Assembly (NCBI RefSeq): GCF_028641065.1
Contig: NC_073382.1
Coordinates: 23,560,001-23,624,000, forward strand
From: Leucoraja erinacea
Taxonomy: Eukaryota
Direction of reading: 5' to 3'
Length of the DNA: 64,000 bases
Positions 12,461 to 25,282 of this stretch are shown here, piece after piece; positions within the stretch are counted from its first letter, which is position 1; the number at the start of each line of letters is the position of its first letter. The notes beneath the pieces are model-generated. The model saw only the letters and a program-made list of their open reading frames with translations. It had not been told where the DNA came from and ran no database searches. The translations under genes and the position numbers were made by a program.

Positions 12461-12819
12461 ATTCGGAACTTTCTTTTGTTATTGTGAGTTTTACCGTGTA
12501 CTATGATTACATATCTGTTGTGCTGTTGCAAGTAAGAATTTCATTATTCCATTATCGGGACATTAGACAGTAAAACACTCTTGATTCTTGTCGAATTATT
12601 AGATATGGGCCTATTTGAGGAAAATCCTCAGATTGTTGTCAGAGGTCTGGGGCACATGGCTTGCAGCTTATTTCATGCATCCAAAACTAAAATTTGCTTG
12701 AACCAATGTGAATTCCATGTATTTAAACAGTAGCTTGCTTATCATGTATTTAGTTGAGATTTTAAATAGCATCCTGTCACAATTATTGCTTATTCACCTA
12801 TACAAATACTTTCTTTTTT

Positions 12820-13035
12820 CGAGTGGCTCCGGTTTCCCACCACTCTCCAAAGACGTGCGGATTTTCAGGTCAATTGGTGTCTGTAAATTGCCCCCATTGT
12901 GCAAGGTGCGGATGGGTAAATGGGATAGCATAGAATGTGCAGGGGTGATTAATGGTCGGTGAGTACTTTGTGGGCCAAAGGGTCTGTTTCCATGCTGTAG
13001 TTCTAAACCAGACTAAACTAAAACTAAAACTAATG
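12820..13035 (+). mobile_element. 5'-truncated HE1-like SINE
   Basis: ctccggtttcccaccactctccaaagacg...(ctaaa)n tail. Confidence 0.75.
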
Positions 13036-13077
13036 TAATTTCCTTCCATAAATATTTCTAAATGGAGAGTGAATGGA

Positions 13078-13190
13078 TAGGAAGGAATTGCAGATTTTGG
13101 TTTAAACCGACGACCCAAAACATTACCCATTCCTTCTCTCCAGAAATGCTGCCTGTCCCGCTGAGTTACTCCAACTTTTTGTGTCTATCT
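13078..13190. mobile_element. Short PLE fold-back unit
   Basis: Antisense PLE tail (taggaaggaattgcag...) joined to a sense arm ending gtgtctatct. Confidence 0.75.
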
Positions 13191-13604
13191 CTGAGTGATT
13201 TCAAATATTAGTTATAATTCCGCTTCACTGTGATGGATTGTATGCACGTTCCAACAATTATTTAACACAGTAAAGTGTTTTTTTTTTAAAGCAACTGTTT
13301 CCTGCTTTGCTCTTAATTTTCTATGATATGACTGGGTGTTCTTAATGTCATTGGGGATGTTGAGCAGCAGGGTTAGGTTAGAATTGATGTCTGACATCAG
13401 TCAGCATTAGAAAAAGCAGATGTTCTTGTTACATAGATCACTCAACCTTCAGTGGGTAGAGTGGGACCCCATGTTGTTGAATGAAAATTCTGGGCCAAGC
13501 TATCTGTATGTGTAAAGGATTGGCAATTAATCAGCTTTAATGTAATTTACCATGTACATTCTTAAATATTTAATTGCAAAGAAAATAGAGATAACATCAT
13601 CATT

Positions 13605-14145
13605 TTAGTTTAGCTTAAGTTATTGTCACGTGTGCCGAGGTAGAAAAAAACATTTTTGTTGTGTGCTATCCAGTTAGTGGAATGATTATACATGAATACA
13701 ATCAAGCCACCCACAGTGCACAGTTACAAGGATAAAAGGAATAATGCTTTTTTGTGCAAGATAAAGTCCAATAAAGCCCGATTCAAGATAGTCCAAGGGT
13801 CTCCAATGAGGTAGTAGCTGAGATGGTAGTTCAGGCCCACTCTCTAGTTAGGGTGATTCAGTTGCCTTATAACAACTGGGAAGAAACTGTTCCTGAATCT
13901 GAAGAAATGTGTATTCGCACTTCGGTACCTCTTGCTTGATGGAAGAGGGGCAAAGAGGGAGTGTCAGAGTTGAGTCATCTTTGATTATGCTGGCAGCCTT
14001 GTCGAGGCAGCGTGGGTGTAGATGGACTCAATGGAAGGGATGTAAGATTGTGTGATGGTCTGGGCTGCATCCACAATTCTCTACAATTTCTTGCGGTTTT
14101 GGATGGAACTATTCCCAAACCAAGCTGTGATGCATCCCGATCATA
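13605..14145 (-). mobile_element. Rex1/Babar-like LINE 3' fragment
   Basis: Minus strand has AWFGN and RFRNSFFP-like coding remnants and a gtgacaataa end. Confidence 0.7.
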
Positions 14146-14490
14146 TACTCCATTATACCTCTTTTCTAAAAAAGTGGTCTGCAATAATTCCCACTGATAA
14201 CATGTAGGAAGGGATTGAGACAGGTGGAGCCTCTCACTCCTCTCCCCTTATAGAACCTGGTCTAGAAAAACCCTATCCCTAGCATGAAAACAGCAAAGTG
14301 TATAACATGGCAATTTGCTTTTGTGCCATACAATCTCTGCTGGTTGGGATGAGAGAAATTAAAGTGTGATCTGAACCTTCATGGTCTGGAAGAGGTTCCA
14401 GAAATTGAATGGAAAAGCTTACAATGGATTTAAATACAAAGTAATTATAAATGAAACCGTTTCCTTTGAACCAAATGTAATTACAAAGTA

Positions 14491-14745
14491 GTAGGCCCTC
14501 CTCGGTCATGACTGACCATGGATCCTGGTTGGATGCAAACCTGGGCGATGTTATATGGAGGACAGGCTGCTGCCCATGCAGCACGTCCCTCCTCTTCTCG
14601 TCGCTGATCGATCCAAAGGAACGACAGGGCTGTTACAGTTTGGCACCAGCGCCATCGCAGGAGCTGCCAGAGCGAGGTTGTAGACAACGACGAACTGCCT
14701 TAGGGGCTCCAACTCTGGATTTTCTTGAGGTTTACTCCTGGAGCC
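14491..14745 (-). mobile_element. 5'-truncated copy of the RTE-like element at 6424-6822
   Basis: Reverse-complement homology; 10-bp TSD ttacaaagta (14481-14490, 14746-14755). Confidence 0.8.
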
Positions 14746-14756
14746 TTACAAAGTAT

Positions 14757-15058
14757 ATAGGCACAAAATGCTGGAGTAACTCAGCGGGACAGGCAGCATC
14801 TCTGGATAGAAGGAATGGGTGATATTTCTTCAGACTCTTCAGTCTGAAGAAATAATCTTGGCCCGAAACGCCACCCATTCCTTCTATCCAGAGATGCTGA
14901 CTGTCCCGCTGAGGTATAATGGAGTATATGATCGGGACGCATGACAGCTTGGTTTGGGAACAGCTCCATCCAAAACCGCAAGAAATTGAAGAGAATTGTG
15001 GACGCAGCATTTTGTGTCTATCTTCGGTGTGAACCAGCATCTGTAGTTCCTTCCTACA
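14757..15058. mobile_element. PLE fold-back unit containing a Rex-like fragment (~14914-15006)
   Basis: Inverted arms around ttcagactcttcagtctgaa; long arm ends catctgtagttccttcctaca. Confidence 0.75.
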
Positions 15059-15502
15059 CTTTAAGTACAAAATGTTTTCCATGGAACTGTATGAAAACAT
15101 TGTTGTTTGCACACAGATTAAACTGTAGTCAGCTTGTTTATTGTAATCATTCAAAAGTGATTATCTGCAGAAATGAATATATGTTAAATCCTTTTATTTT
15201 AGTCTATCCATAAATGAAATGGCACAGCTATTGAAACCTCACTTTCATCTGACAAAAGGTAAAACCTAGCATACATGCAAATAAAATCAAAGCTTTGCAT
15301 TGTCAGGTTTATACACAACAGAAAATATTTATAAACACTAATGACAAAAAAACTTGCAAAGGTCTAGATAAGGAGGAATACAAATAAATTGATAAAGAAA
15401 CATTGTACAGGATCAGAAAATAAAGAACATGAATAGAATTAGAATGCAAATTGTAACGAAAGTTGTGTTGGAGAATAGCAATTGGGAATATAAGAAAGAT
15501 AT

Positions 15503-15716
15503 TGTGGTGCGTGGGTCTCAAAAGGAGGCACAAAGTCCAGTGTTTGAGAAGCACCTTTATTGTATTCCTCCCGTTTGAAGGGAAGACGAAACCAGAGGAA
15601 AATGGCACCCAAACCCTGCCTTTTAAACCCTCCGGCTGAGGGCCGCCTCTGGACTGCACCACTCCTGTGCCGAGGGGTTCAGCAGTATAATGGCACGACC
15701 CTTAGGAGCCGCCACA
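15503..15716 (-). mobile_element. Solo LTR (Gypsy-like), 214 bp
   Basis: TGTGG...CCACA termini; 4-bp TSD ATAT (15499-15502, 15717-15720); on the minus strand TTTAAAA (15621-15627) precedes AATAAA (15556-15561). Confidence 0.8.
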
Positions 15717-17394
15717 ATATAATCTATTGTGTAGCACCAGTACTAGGCTATCTCCATGAATATTAAATCCTATTATGAAATACTGCTACACCACTGCAGA
15801 AAAATGTCTTTCAATAGTTTAACACGCAGTAAAGATCAAGAACAATTTTCTAGGATTTAAGGAATTTCCAGAGCAGGAAAATCCTGAGCAAAACGCAAAG
15901 TGTTTGGGTAACTCAGCAGAATTTGTTACTGGTGGAGGGAATGTATAGATGACGTTTTGGATCGGGGAACTTCTTGAGTTACCTGGCATTTTGTATTTTG
16001 CTCAAGATTGCGCATTCCATATGGAAATGATCATTACAATCTATCCGGAATTACTGGATGAAAGGGGTGCTTTAATTCTAAACAATTGGGGAAAAACAAT
16101 AGGAGATATTTATTCCGTCACTGGTAAGGTGCAAGTCTGGACCTCTGTGATTACCAGGGTGACATAGATTAAGAACTGCATCAGCTTTAAAGGAAATCTG
16201 AATGATGGACTATAACCCTTGAGGCTATTGAGAAGGAAAGAAATGAGTGAGTCTAAGTAACTTATTCAATTGACATGGAGACAATGAGCCAAATGACCTT
16301 CTGTACTATATATTTCTGACCGTATGGACGAAATGTGCTGTGAAGAATGCATTCACATTTTAATGCCTTCAAAAAAATATATAAAGCTAACATTTTCTTT
16401 AATTTCCGAGTCTCAAAAGGCAAGCGAAAATGCACGAAAAAGGCCAAAGATATTATGGACTGAAGTTTGACAAAATTCTTTGTTTCAGTAATCTCTCACA
16501 CGCACCATGATAGCCGAGCTAGATAACGTAGCACGCTTTACTGGAACACTAAACACTTTCCTGCTAACATCACAAACGTCACCCCTGCAAAATAAATTAA
16601 ATCATGCACTAACATATTAAGCAGGTGAAATCTAAAATATACCAGACAATAGAGTAGACATCTGTGTGTAGGACATTCAGGGTCAAGATTAATGGTCTAA
16701 ATAATGTGATGCATCTGAATGATTTCATTGACGTTCAATCCCCATTCTGATGCAGAGGAAAAAGATAGAGGAAGACAGCGAGGATAATGGGGAGGAGAAG
16801 CATCAAGCCTTAATACTTCCTCCGAACCATTAGCAATTTGTGCAATTGTAAAATACTGTTGCAATATTGATCCAATGGATGAATAATTTATGATTTATAG
16901 ATTGGCAGAGATAATGATTGAGAGCAGGATAAATATATTAAAAAAACCCTGGTTGTGATATTTTTAAGGATTACCACGTTGGGCTTTTCCACATTCTGAT
17001 CAACCCGTGTTCAATTGAAAGATTAATGAGAATTGGCAAATGAACTGGAAGTTTGGCAGGTGTAAAACTGCACTTGGAAAATTGGAAAGCATTTGGGAAG
17101 TAATAACAAAATCTAGAAAATTTAATATGGCAAAGTGGCAGTGCCTTGCAGCTATTTCATTTTAAAAGCAGGTGATTTATTACAAACGGCTGTGCTTTTT
17201 GGTAAACGGTCCACAATTGCAAACCTGCGCTTCACGGGTTTATTGTAGCAAATTGGATCCACTGGCAATAAGTTTCAATCCTTGATCTGTGCTGAAGGAT
17301 GGTATTTTAAGATTATGAAACGGTAGATGCAGAGGTGGTGGCGTGGGAAGGGCATTGGAGGGCAAATTGAATAGTTCTAAAGGCAAGATAGTTA

Positions 17395-17616
17395 TGCCCG
17401 TCCCACTTAGGAAACCGGAACGGAGACTCTGCTGGAGACTTTGCGCCCCATCCAAGGTTTCCGTGCGGTTCCCGGAGGTTTTTGTCAGTCTTGCTGCTTC
17501 CACTACCTGCAACCTCCGGCAACCACCTGCAACCTCCAGGAACCGCACGGAAACCTTGCGTGGGGCGCAAAGTCTCCAGAGGTTTCCTTTCAGGTTTCCT
17601 AAGTGGGACAGGGGCA
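17395..17616. mobile_element. Harbinger-type MITE, almost fully palindromic
   Basis: TGCCCGTCCCACTTAGGAAACC...GGTTTCCTAAGTGGGACAGGGGCA; TTA TSD (17392-17394, 17617-17619); ~85-bp inverted arms. Confidence 0.9.
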
Positions 17617-17627
17617 TTACTATTAAT

Positions 17628-17895
17628 GTGTATGAAGGAACTGCGGATGCTGGTTTAAACCAAAGATAGACACAAAATGCTGGAGTAACTCAGCAGGCCA
17701 GGTAGCACCACTGGAGAGAAGGAATGGATGACGTTTCGGGTCGACACCCTTCTTCAGACTCTTTTCGGATCAAGACCCTTCCTCAGACTCAGACTCTGTA
17801 GTCTGAGGAAGGTCTCGACCTGAAATGTCACCCATTCCTTCTCCCTAGAGATGTTGCCTGTCCCGTTGAGTTACTCCAGTATTTTGTGTCTATCT
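17628..17895. mobile_element. PLE fold-back unit with hammerhead motifs on both strands
   Basis: Inverted arms; intact minus-strand core at 17730-17757; 15-bp TSD atagttactattaat (left copy split by the MITE). Confidence 0.85.
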
Positions 17896-18359
17896 ATAGT
17901 TACTATTAATTTGCAATCAGAATTCAGTGTTTAGAATTCAGAAATCCAATCTTTAACCCAGATTCTTATAGTTTATTATGAGATTTGCCAGAGGAAAATT
18001 AAGAAGGGAGACAGCAATATGCTTTACTGACAGGGTTAAGAGACAAGGGCTGAGAGGAGGCTTGGGTGAGGCATCGACTTTGGCTTCAAGATCATGCAGG
18101 CTGAATTAGCTACCTCTGTTCTTTTCAATGGCTGGAGCAGAGGTGTCATAATTGGCTTGTGCTCCTGGCCTCAAAGTGGGAACATTCACAGAGTTTCTAT
18201 TTTTAACTGCTACCTTTGCGAGTTTGTTGAAGCATGTACATTTTGGTTCACTCTGGTACACCACCGCTGACTCCCTTCATGCTACACAGAGGAGCCACTT
18301 CACTGAGATGTTGAACGATACTTAACACAGAGAAAATTGTACCTCGGCAGGTTTGGGGA

Positions 18360-18925
18360 TGAAACATAGAAAATAAGTGCAGGAGTAGGCTATTCAGCCT
18401 TTCGAGCCAGCACCGCCATTCAATTTGATCGGCTGATCATCCAAAATCAGTACCGTGTTACTGCTTTCTCCCCACACTCCAGAATCCGTTAGCCCTATAT
18501 CTAACTCTCCCTTGAATACATCTAGTGAATTAAGGGCCTGCCCCACTGTACGAGGTAATTCTCCCGAGTGTCCCCTGATTTGGAGAATTACGGTAATAGA
18601 CGCTCGTAGGAACTCGGGGCTCTCGTGGACATTTTTCACCATGTTGAAAAATCTTCACGAGCTTACCGTGTTTCCCGAGTACCTGCCGTTAGCGTTACGA
18701 GCCACTAAGAGACTTCCCGAGCTCCGACGTACCCGCTACGTACATTCTACGTATTTACCACGAGTTTGAAATTTTTTTAAATCTCTTGAATTACCTCGTA
18801 CAGTGGGACAGGTCCTTCAGCCTCCACTGCCTTCCGTGCCAAAGAATTTCACAGATTCACAACTGTCTGGGTGAAAAAGTTTTTCCTCATCTCAGTCCTA
18901 GATGGCCTACCCCTTATTCTTAAGG
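18360..18925 (-). mobile_element. CR1 3' fragment interrupted by a MITE
   Basis: RIRGRPSRTEMRKNFFTQTVVNL on the minus strand; tail gaaacatagaaaata on plus. Confidence 0.85.
18533..18816. mobile_element. Harbinger-type MITE
   Basis: AGGGCCTGCCCCACTGTACGAGGTAATT...AATTACCTCGTACAGTGGGACAGGTCCT; flanks TTA/TCA. Confidence 0.85.
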
Positions 18926-19414
18926 TTAATAGGTTTGAGTGCGTTTTAGGAGTGATGATAATTTCTACGTGGTTAAGAACTAATAATATTGATTTAGCAA
19001 GTGCAGTTTCCCAGAATTTTTTTGGAAAAATCACACATTATTATGGCAGCAAAATCCTATTGTGTTAACCATAACAAGTAGCCAGTAATAGGCTACTCAT
19101 CTCCTTATGCCTTTTTAGCCATTTAGTAAGATTATGTTTGGTTTTTCACTTCAGTACCACTTCCTGGCATTGCACCATATCTCTTAGATATCAAGATCTA
19201 TCTACTCTGGATAGATAGATCTGTATTCTGTGTTGAATAGTCATAGTCATGCAGCATTGAAACAGGCCTCCAAGCCCACTGAGTGTGTGTGTCCATCAAG
19301 CTCTTATTTACACAAATCCTGGTACTTAAAAAAATGTCCCCATATTCCTCTACACCACCCCCCGTCCCTCCCCCCATTCACCTATCTCTCTCTTACTTAC
19401 AAACTAGGGTCACT

Positions 19415-20108
19415 TTATAGAGTATAGAAGCTGGGATGTAATGTTAAAATTGTACAAGGCATTGGTGAGACCAAATCTGGAGTATGGTGTACAATTTTGG
19501 TCGCCCAATTATAGGAAGGATGTCAACAAAATAGAGAGAGTACAGAGGAGATTTACTAGAATGTTGCCTGGGTTTCAGCAACTAAGTTACAGAGATAGGT
19601 TGAATAAGTTAGGTCTTTATTCTCTGGAGCGCAGAAGGTTAAGGGGGGACTTGTTAGAGGTCTTTAAAATGACGAGAGGGATAGACAGAGTTGATGTGGA
19701 CAAGCTTTTCCCTTTGAGAATAGGGAAGATTCAAACAAGAGGACATGACTTCAGAATTAAGGGACAGAAGTTTAGGGGTAATATGAGGGGGAACTTCGAA
19801 TGCATTTCGTTGTCTCTGTACTGTACACTGACAATGACAATTAAATTGAATCTGAATCTGAATCTGAATTTACTCAGAGAGTGGTAGCGGTGTGGAATGA
19901 GCTTCCAGTGGAAGTGGTGGAGGCAGGTTCATTAGTATAATTTAAAAATAAATTGGATAGGCATATGGATGAGAAGGGAATGGAGGGTTATGGTATGAGT
20001 GCAGGCAGGTGGGACTAAGGGGAAAAAAAGTTGTTCGGCACGGACTTGTAGGGCCGAGATGGCCTGTTTCCGTGCTGCAATTGTTATATGGTTATATGGT
20101 TATATGGT
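19415..20108 (+). mobile_element. CR1 3' fragment with a ~75-bp Rex-type tail inserted at ~19797-19869
   Basis: ORF 19441-19887 (RPNLEYGVQFWSP); the insert matches the 3' end at 53709-53767 with (tgaatc)n; CR1 tail (tatatggt)n. Confidence 0.9.
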
Positions 20109-20132
20109 TTACAGTGGTGAATTTATCTACTA

Positions 20133-20605
20133 CAGGTCCACCACCGGTTTTCTGGCAACTGGTGGTCCGCACCACCTTAAGAGATTACATCATTACAAAA
20201 GCAGAATTAATAAACCCCTTTCCCCCTGAAAATATGGCACCGGGTGATGTGGCCAATCTTGACCTCATTTGTACTTCCGCGTCGTTCGGCCACGGCTCTA
20301 GAACTCCAGCCTGGCTGGAGACTGCAGATCCGTTCCCGACTTCCACAGCCGATCGGTGGGTCAAATTAGCTCCCTGCAACTGGGGCTCTGGAACTCTTGC
20401 CCAGTCAGAGCCAGCAGATCTGTTCACTTGGCCAACTTCCAAGGCAGACTTTGCGGGCCAATGTCTCGGCTCCTTGACTGCCTAGATGGACCATTCCAGT
20501 ACCATTGGACTCCTTTTGGAGGTCATGACCTCTGTTGGTCTGGCGAAATGGATAATCCAAAAAGGCTTTGGAAACAAGGATGCCGTAAAATTGGTGGTGG
20601 ACCTG
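20133..20605. mobile_element. Tc1/mariner (pogo/Tigger-like) MITE
   Basis: 25-bp imperfect TIR caggtccaccaccggttttctggca / tgccgtaaaattggtggtggacctg; TA on the left only. Confidence 0.65.
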
Positions 20606-20834
20606 CGTTTATCTTTGGGATGCGGGAGGATACAAGAGTACCCTGAGCAACGCACACATTCATGCAGAGAGCCTGCAAATACCACACAGGCAGCACCTGA
20701 AGTCAGGATTGAACATAGGTCTCTAGAGCCGTGAGTTTGCAGCTCCGCCAGTTGTACTCATCCTGCTGTGTGATGCCTCATTGTTGCTACTGAATCATCA
20801 AATCACATTCAGCAACTTTATCCCATATGATTTA

Positions 20835-21246
20835 CATCATGGGAGTTCCCCCCGCCACGGGTACCATGTAATCCCGAGCTACCTGCTCCATGGTCGGATA
20901 GTTGGCGACTAAACCGTCTCCCCCACCTGGTTTGCCAGGTGAAGAGGGGGCTGTAGACCCCCAGCAGGTCCAAAAACAAGACCTGTCAAAGGGCAGATGA
21001 GCTTCTAGCGAGCCAATGGCCATCCCCACTTCAGTAGAATTTGCGATCTCTGTCGTACATAGCATTGTAAGGAATGATGAAAAGCACACACACCAAAATC
21101 CTATACTTCCAGTGGAGGAAGTCTGCAAGAACTGGAGGACAGAGATGTGTGATGCGTCCATCACCGTTCCCGTCAGAAGCCAGCACCACTGCGTCACTAA
21201 TGTTTTCAACGATGATGAATGAATTAATGAATGAATGAATGAATGA
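20835..21246 (+). mobile_element. Probable non-autonomous non-LTR retroelement with (TGAA)n tail
   Basis: GC-rich structured 5' part, microsatellite tail 21213-21246, weak TSD atgattta/atgactta; no clear pol III boxes. Confidence 0.5.
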
Positions 21247-21319
21247 CTTAGAGACTGGAGAGGTTGTATGTACTCTCTTAAAGCAATGTGAAGCAATTCA
21301 ATATCATGCTTTTCATTAG

Positions 21320-21620
21320 AGGAGAAGTTGTTTCCACTAGTGGGAAAGTCTAGGACTAGAAATGACAGCCTCAGAATAAAAGGACACCTTTAGAAAGAAG
21401 GTGAGGAGAGTCAGAGAGTGGTGAATCTGTGGAATCCATTGCAACTGAAGGCAGTGGAGGCCAAGTCAATGGATATTTTTAAGGTGAAGATTGACAGACT
21501 CTTCATTAATACGGGTGTCAGGGTTTACGGGGAGAATGAGATTGAGAAGGAAAGATAGATCAGCTATGATTGAATGGCGGAGACATGATGGGCCTAATTC
21601 TATAACATTAATTTATGAAC
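21320..21620 (+). mobile_element. Old CR1 3' fragment
   Basis: cagagagtggtgaatctgtggaat...gatcagctatgattgaatggcgg. Confidence 0.8.
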
Positions 21621-21766
21621 TTAAACGATAACCTGGTTCCTATAGCAGAGAGGTCTATAACCAGATGTTGCAGAATTAAGACAATTATCTAAAAGGGTGA
21701 GAGATGCAAAGCTCTTAGTTTCATTTGCGCTCAGTAAAGTCATGGTCCGGAATGCAGCACGTGTAA

Positions 21767-22075
21767 AGCCCCTGGACCACTTTCCCGAGTTACTCACGAA
21801 TTGTCCCGAGTTTTCCCCTTGATTCAAACTCGGAGAATGTCCGTAGTGAGTCTGTAGGAGTCCGTAGCGAGTCCGTAGATATTTCGTAGCGACTCGTAAT
21901 GCCAGCCGTAGGTACTCGGGGCATCAGGTAAGTCGGGATGTTTTTTCAGCACGTTGAAAAATGTCTCCAAGTAAAAAAAACAGCCCCGAGCACCTACGGC
22001 TGGCATCTCCGAGCTTGAATCAAGGGGAAAACGCGGGAGAATTTGTGAGTAACTCGGGAAAGTAGGACAGGGGCT
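21767..22075. mobile_element. Harbinger-type MITE
   Basis: AGCCCCTGGACCACTTTCCCGAGTTACTCAC...GTGAGTAACTCGGGAAAGTAGGACAGGGGCT; flanks TAA/TTA; ~60-bp inverted arms. Confidence 0.85.
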
Positions 22076-22651
22076 TTAGGAAAACTGGAAGTACATTTAC
22101 AGCTAACTTTTAATTGGGAACTGGATGAATAGCTTGCAGGGATAATCATTGTTTATGGCTGAGGACTCCCAGCATGTATAATACAAATACAAGGGATTTG
22201 GTCACTAGATGGTACTCTCTATGTGTTGGCACAACACAAAGGTCCAAATGGTCTCCTTCTATGCTGTGCCATTAGGATAGGACAAGGGTGAGAAAAATAA
22301 TGAAATGTTAAAAAATGATTTTAAAAACCGATTCCTTCTCTCCAGAGATGCTGCCTGTCCCGCTGAGTTACTCCAGCTTTTGTGTCAATTTTTGGTTTAA
22401 ACCAGCATCTGCAGTTCCATCCTAGACATGTGTGTCTTTGTGCTTTTTTTGTTATGACTGTATGGCAAACCAAATTCCTCGTAAGTTTTGCAAAACATAC
22501 TTGGCTAATAAATTATGATTATGATTAGATTATGACATGAATGGTAAATCAAATTTCACTGTACCTTAAATGGTACACGTGACAACAAAGGACCATCGAA
22601 CCATTTAGTACATCGCATGTTGTGTAGCCGCAAAAACAAATTCTTCACTCC

Positions 22652-22820
22652 AAGATTCAAGATTCAAGATTCAATTTAATTGTCATTTGGACCCCTTGAG
22701 GTCCAAACGAAATGCCGTTTCTGCAGCCATACATTACAAACAAATAGACCCAAGACACAACATAATTTACATAAACATCCATCACATCGCTGTGATGGAA
22801 GGCCAAAACAACTTATCTCT
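22652..22820 (-). mobile_element. LINE-derived 3' end, same family as 33360-34168
   Basis: (caagatt)n tail, aattgtcat, stem-loop tttggacc/ggtccaaa, shared ctgtgatggaaggc. Confidence 0.7.
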
Positions 22821-23311
22821 CCTTTATATACAGGGTTATATACAAGCCCCATTTAATGTAAAAATAAGGTACATACCTTTAATTGTTTGCTTTATAAAAC
22901 CCTGGGGCTGCGAGAGGTTGCGGAGTGAGAGAGTGATTTTTAAACTACTATAAATATTATACAAGGCCATAAAAACTAATAATACCTTTTGCGACGGGGT
23001 CTTTCAGCGATTTTCCGTTAATGATTTACTAGGCTGAACATTTTCGATTGGAACAGCCTAGTAAAAATCGCGTTTTAAACCCGCCCCCTCTAAACAGCGC
23101 CAAAATCACACACGCGGGGTAGGGCAGATGCTCAGCCACGATTCAGGTAGGTTTTGTAACATACCTAAACACAGGCCACAGTTTTGTGCTTTATGGGAGT
23201 GATTAACATAAATTCCAACTGGATATGCCAGAGGTAATATTTGCTTGGAAGTGGACAAGCCATTAGCGTGTGAAGAATGCGAGTAGAGGATGGTGAGTTT
23301 ATATTTCCTTC

Positions 23312-23512
23312 AGGGCCTGTCCCATTTGGGCGTCATTTGCGCATCACGCAGATGGCACATAAAGATTTTGTACATCCCAAAATCCTGGGGCGCCGCGTGC
23401 GACCGCGCGTCACTGCCTACATCACCACACACCATGCGCGCACGTCGTGCGTCATGACGCGTAAATGATCGTGTACATTACGCGTAAATGACGCCCAAGT
23501 GGGACAGGCCGT
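23312..23512. mobile_element. Harbinger-type MITE, CpG-rich
   Basis: AGGGCCTGTCCCATTTGGGCGTCATTT...AAATGACGCCCAAGTGGGACAGGCCGT. Confidence 0.85.
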
Positions 23513-25282
23513 TTACAACATAAAATTAAACTATTTGGGCCATTAAGTCTATTTTGGTTCCCAGAGAAATCCCATCAATCCTATGTTCCCACTATTTTGT
23601 CCCTGTAACTTACTAGAGTTATAGGGGTCAAGGAAAGAGTCCTCACATCACGGCTCTGTTTCCACAAATCTTTCCACCACTACGCACAAGAAGCACAAGA
23701 AGCGCAAGACACCATTGTATGCAGATGCGGAGAAGTGTGTTTAGCTCTGGCTGAACAATGTCTTAGCGTGAAGTGGACTCGATAAGAAGACTAGAATTAC
23801 AGAATACAGCAGAGATATGACTCTTGGTCCCACCGTGTGCATGCTAACCTTTTTGTCCATCGATATTGGACAATATACATCACCTCTACCAGAGGCAGTT
23901 TATGTTAGCCAATGACCCAACTGAGCTGGAAATCAAACGGTTCTGTTTAATCAAAGTTGGTCAAAGAGATGGGTTCTAGTGCACATTAAAAGAGAAAGAA
24001 GCACCAAGAGGGAGATGTTGAGGGGAAAAAATCAAAAACCTAATGAGGGATTGATTAAAATAGAGATCCATAGGAGGAAAGAATTGGAAGAGCGCAGAAA
24101 TGCAGGATTTATAAAAGAATGCAGAAACTGAGAGGGACAAGGCTAAGCGTCCACTTGAAGGTATGGATGAGAATGTTAAAACCTGCAGCCTAAAACTCTA
24201 GGGAAGTCACATGGAGCATGTGCAGTGAACACATAGACAGTACCAGGTTGAGACTGAATCTCTGGAGCTTTGTGCTACCTACACTACCTGCAGGTACATG
24301 AACACCATCCCACCAAAGAGTTTGTGAACAGAAGAACAGTGTGGAAGAACAAAGAGGAAAGAGACAGCCATTGCATTTTGTGGTTGCTATTCTGCAGCCA
24401 GCAGCTACGATACAGGAACCTGTGGCATCTGTCCAATATACTTGCCACATGGACCCAGTGGTGCTCTTTAGCCATCGGCATCCACATTAACAAATTCACT
24501 CATGTTCACTACAACCGGGTAATGCTATTTACTAGTTTCAACCTTTACAGTCCCTGCAGATACTAATTTTAGAAGAATTGCATGACGTGATCTGTGTATT
24601 TCTCTCTAAACCGTTCACTCACCATGATCCCACTTGCCAATTTCAAGACATCAGCTTGCCTGAGTCTCCTTTTCAAAGAATGGAGCTACAGTTTAAAACA
24701 GTACTCCCAAAATACAAAATGTCTCTCTTCTGTTCCTTGTATATAATGAAGCACAACAAAAATTATGTTAACTGTGAATGCTGGTCATCCTTTGCGACTG
24801 TGGATGGAAACAATTAACATGCAAAACATCAATCGAGGAGCGCATTTAAAGGATGATATCATGAAAGAAATATGTATCACATCACCGAACAGGCTGCCTT
24901 CTGCAACAGCAACTCGGAGTGGTGTACTTGCAACCGTCTAAGTGAGAATCTTTCATTTGTTATCTTGATTTATTTTCTGCACTGCGTGACGTTCAGTGCA
25001 GCTATAACCTTCTCTGGAGTGATTTTCAAGGCATCTGCTGCCGAATGATTTAAGGCGGCTTTCGCAGGGACTGTGGAGAGAGGGAGGGGGTGAAAGAAAT
25101 GAGAAATACTCCTCAATGGTTGCTTTTTATTCAACGTGAGATTTGCCAAAATCAGCAGCCATAAAATGCTACCGCAGAGCTCAGATTTGCTGAAATACAG
25201 TAGATGACACTTCAATCGCCCTGCAGCTTGATCTTCCTGCGCCCACAGCTGCTAAATCTTTAAACCAGAGCTGTTGATAAGC

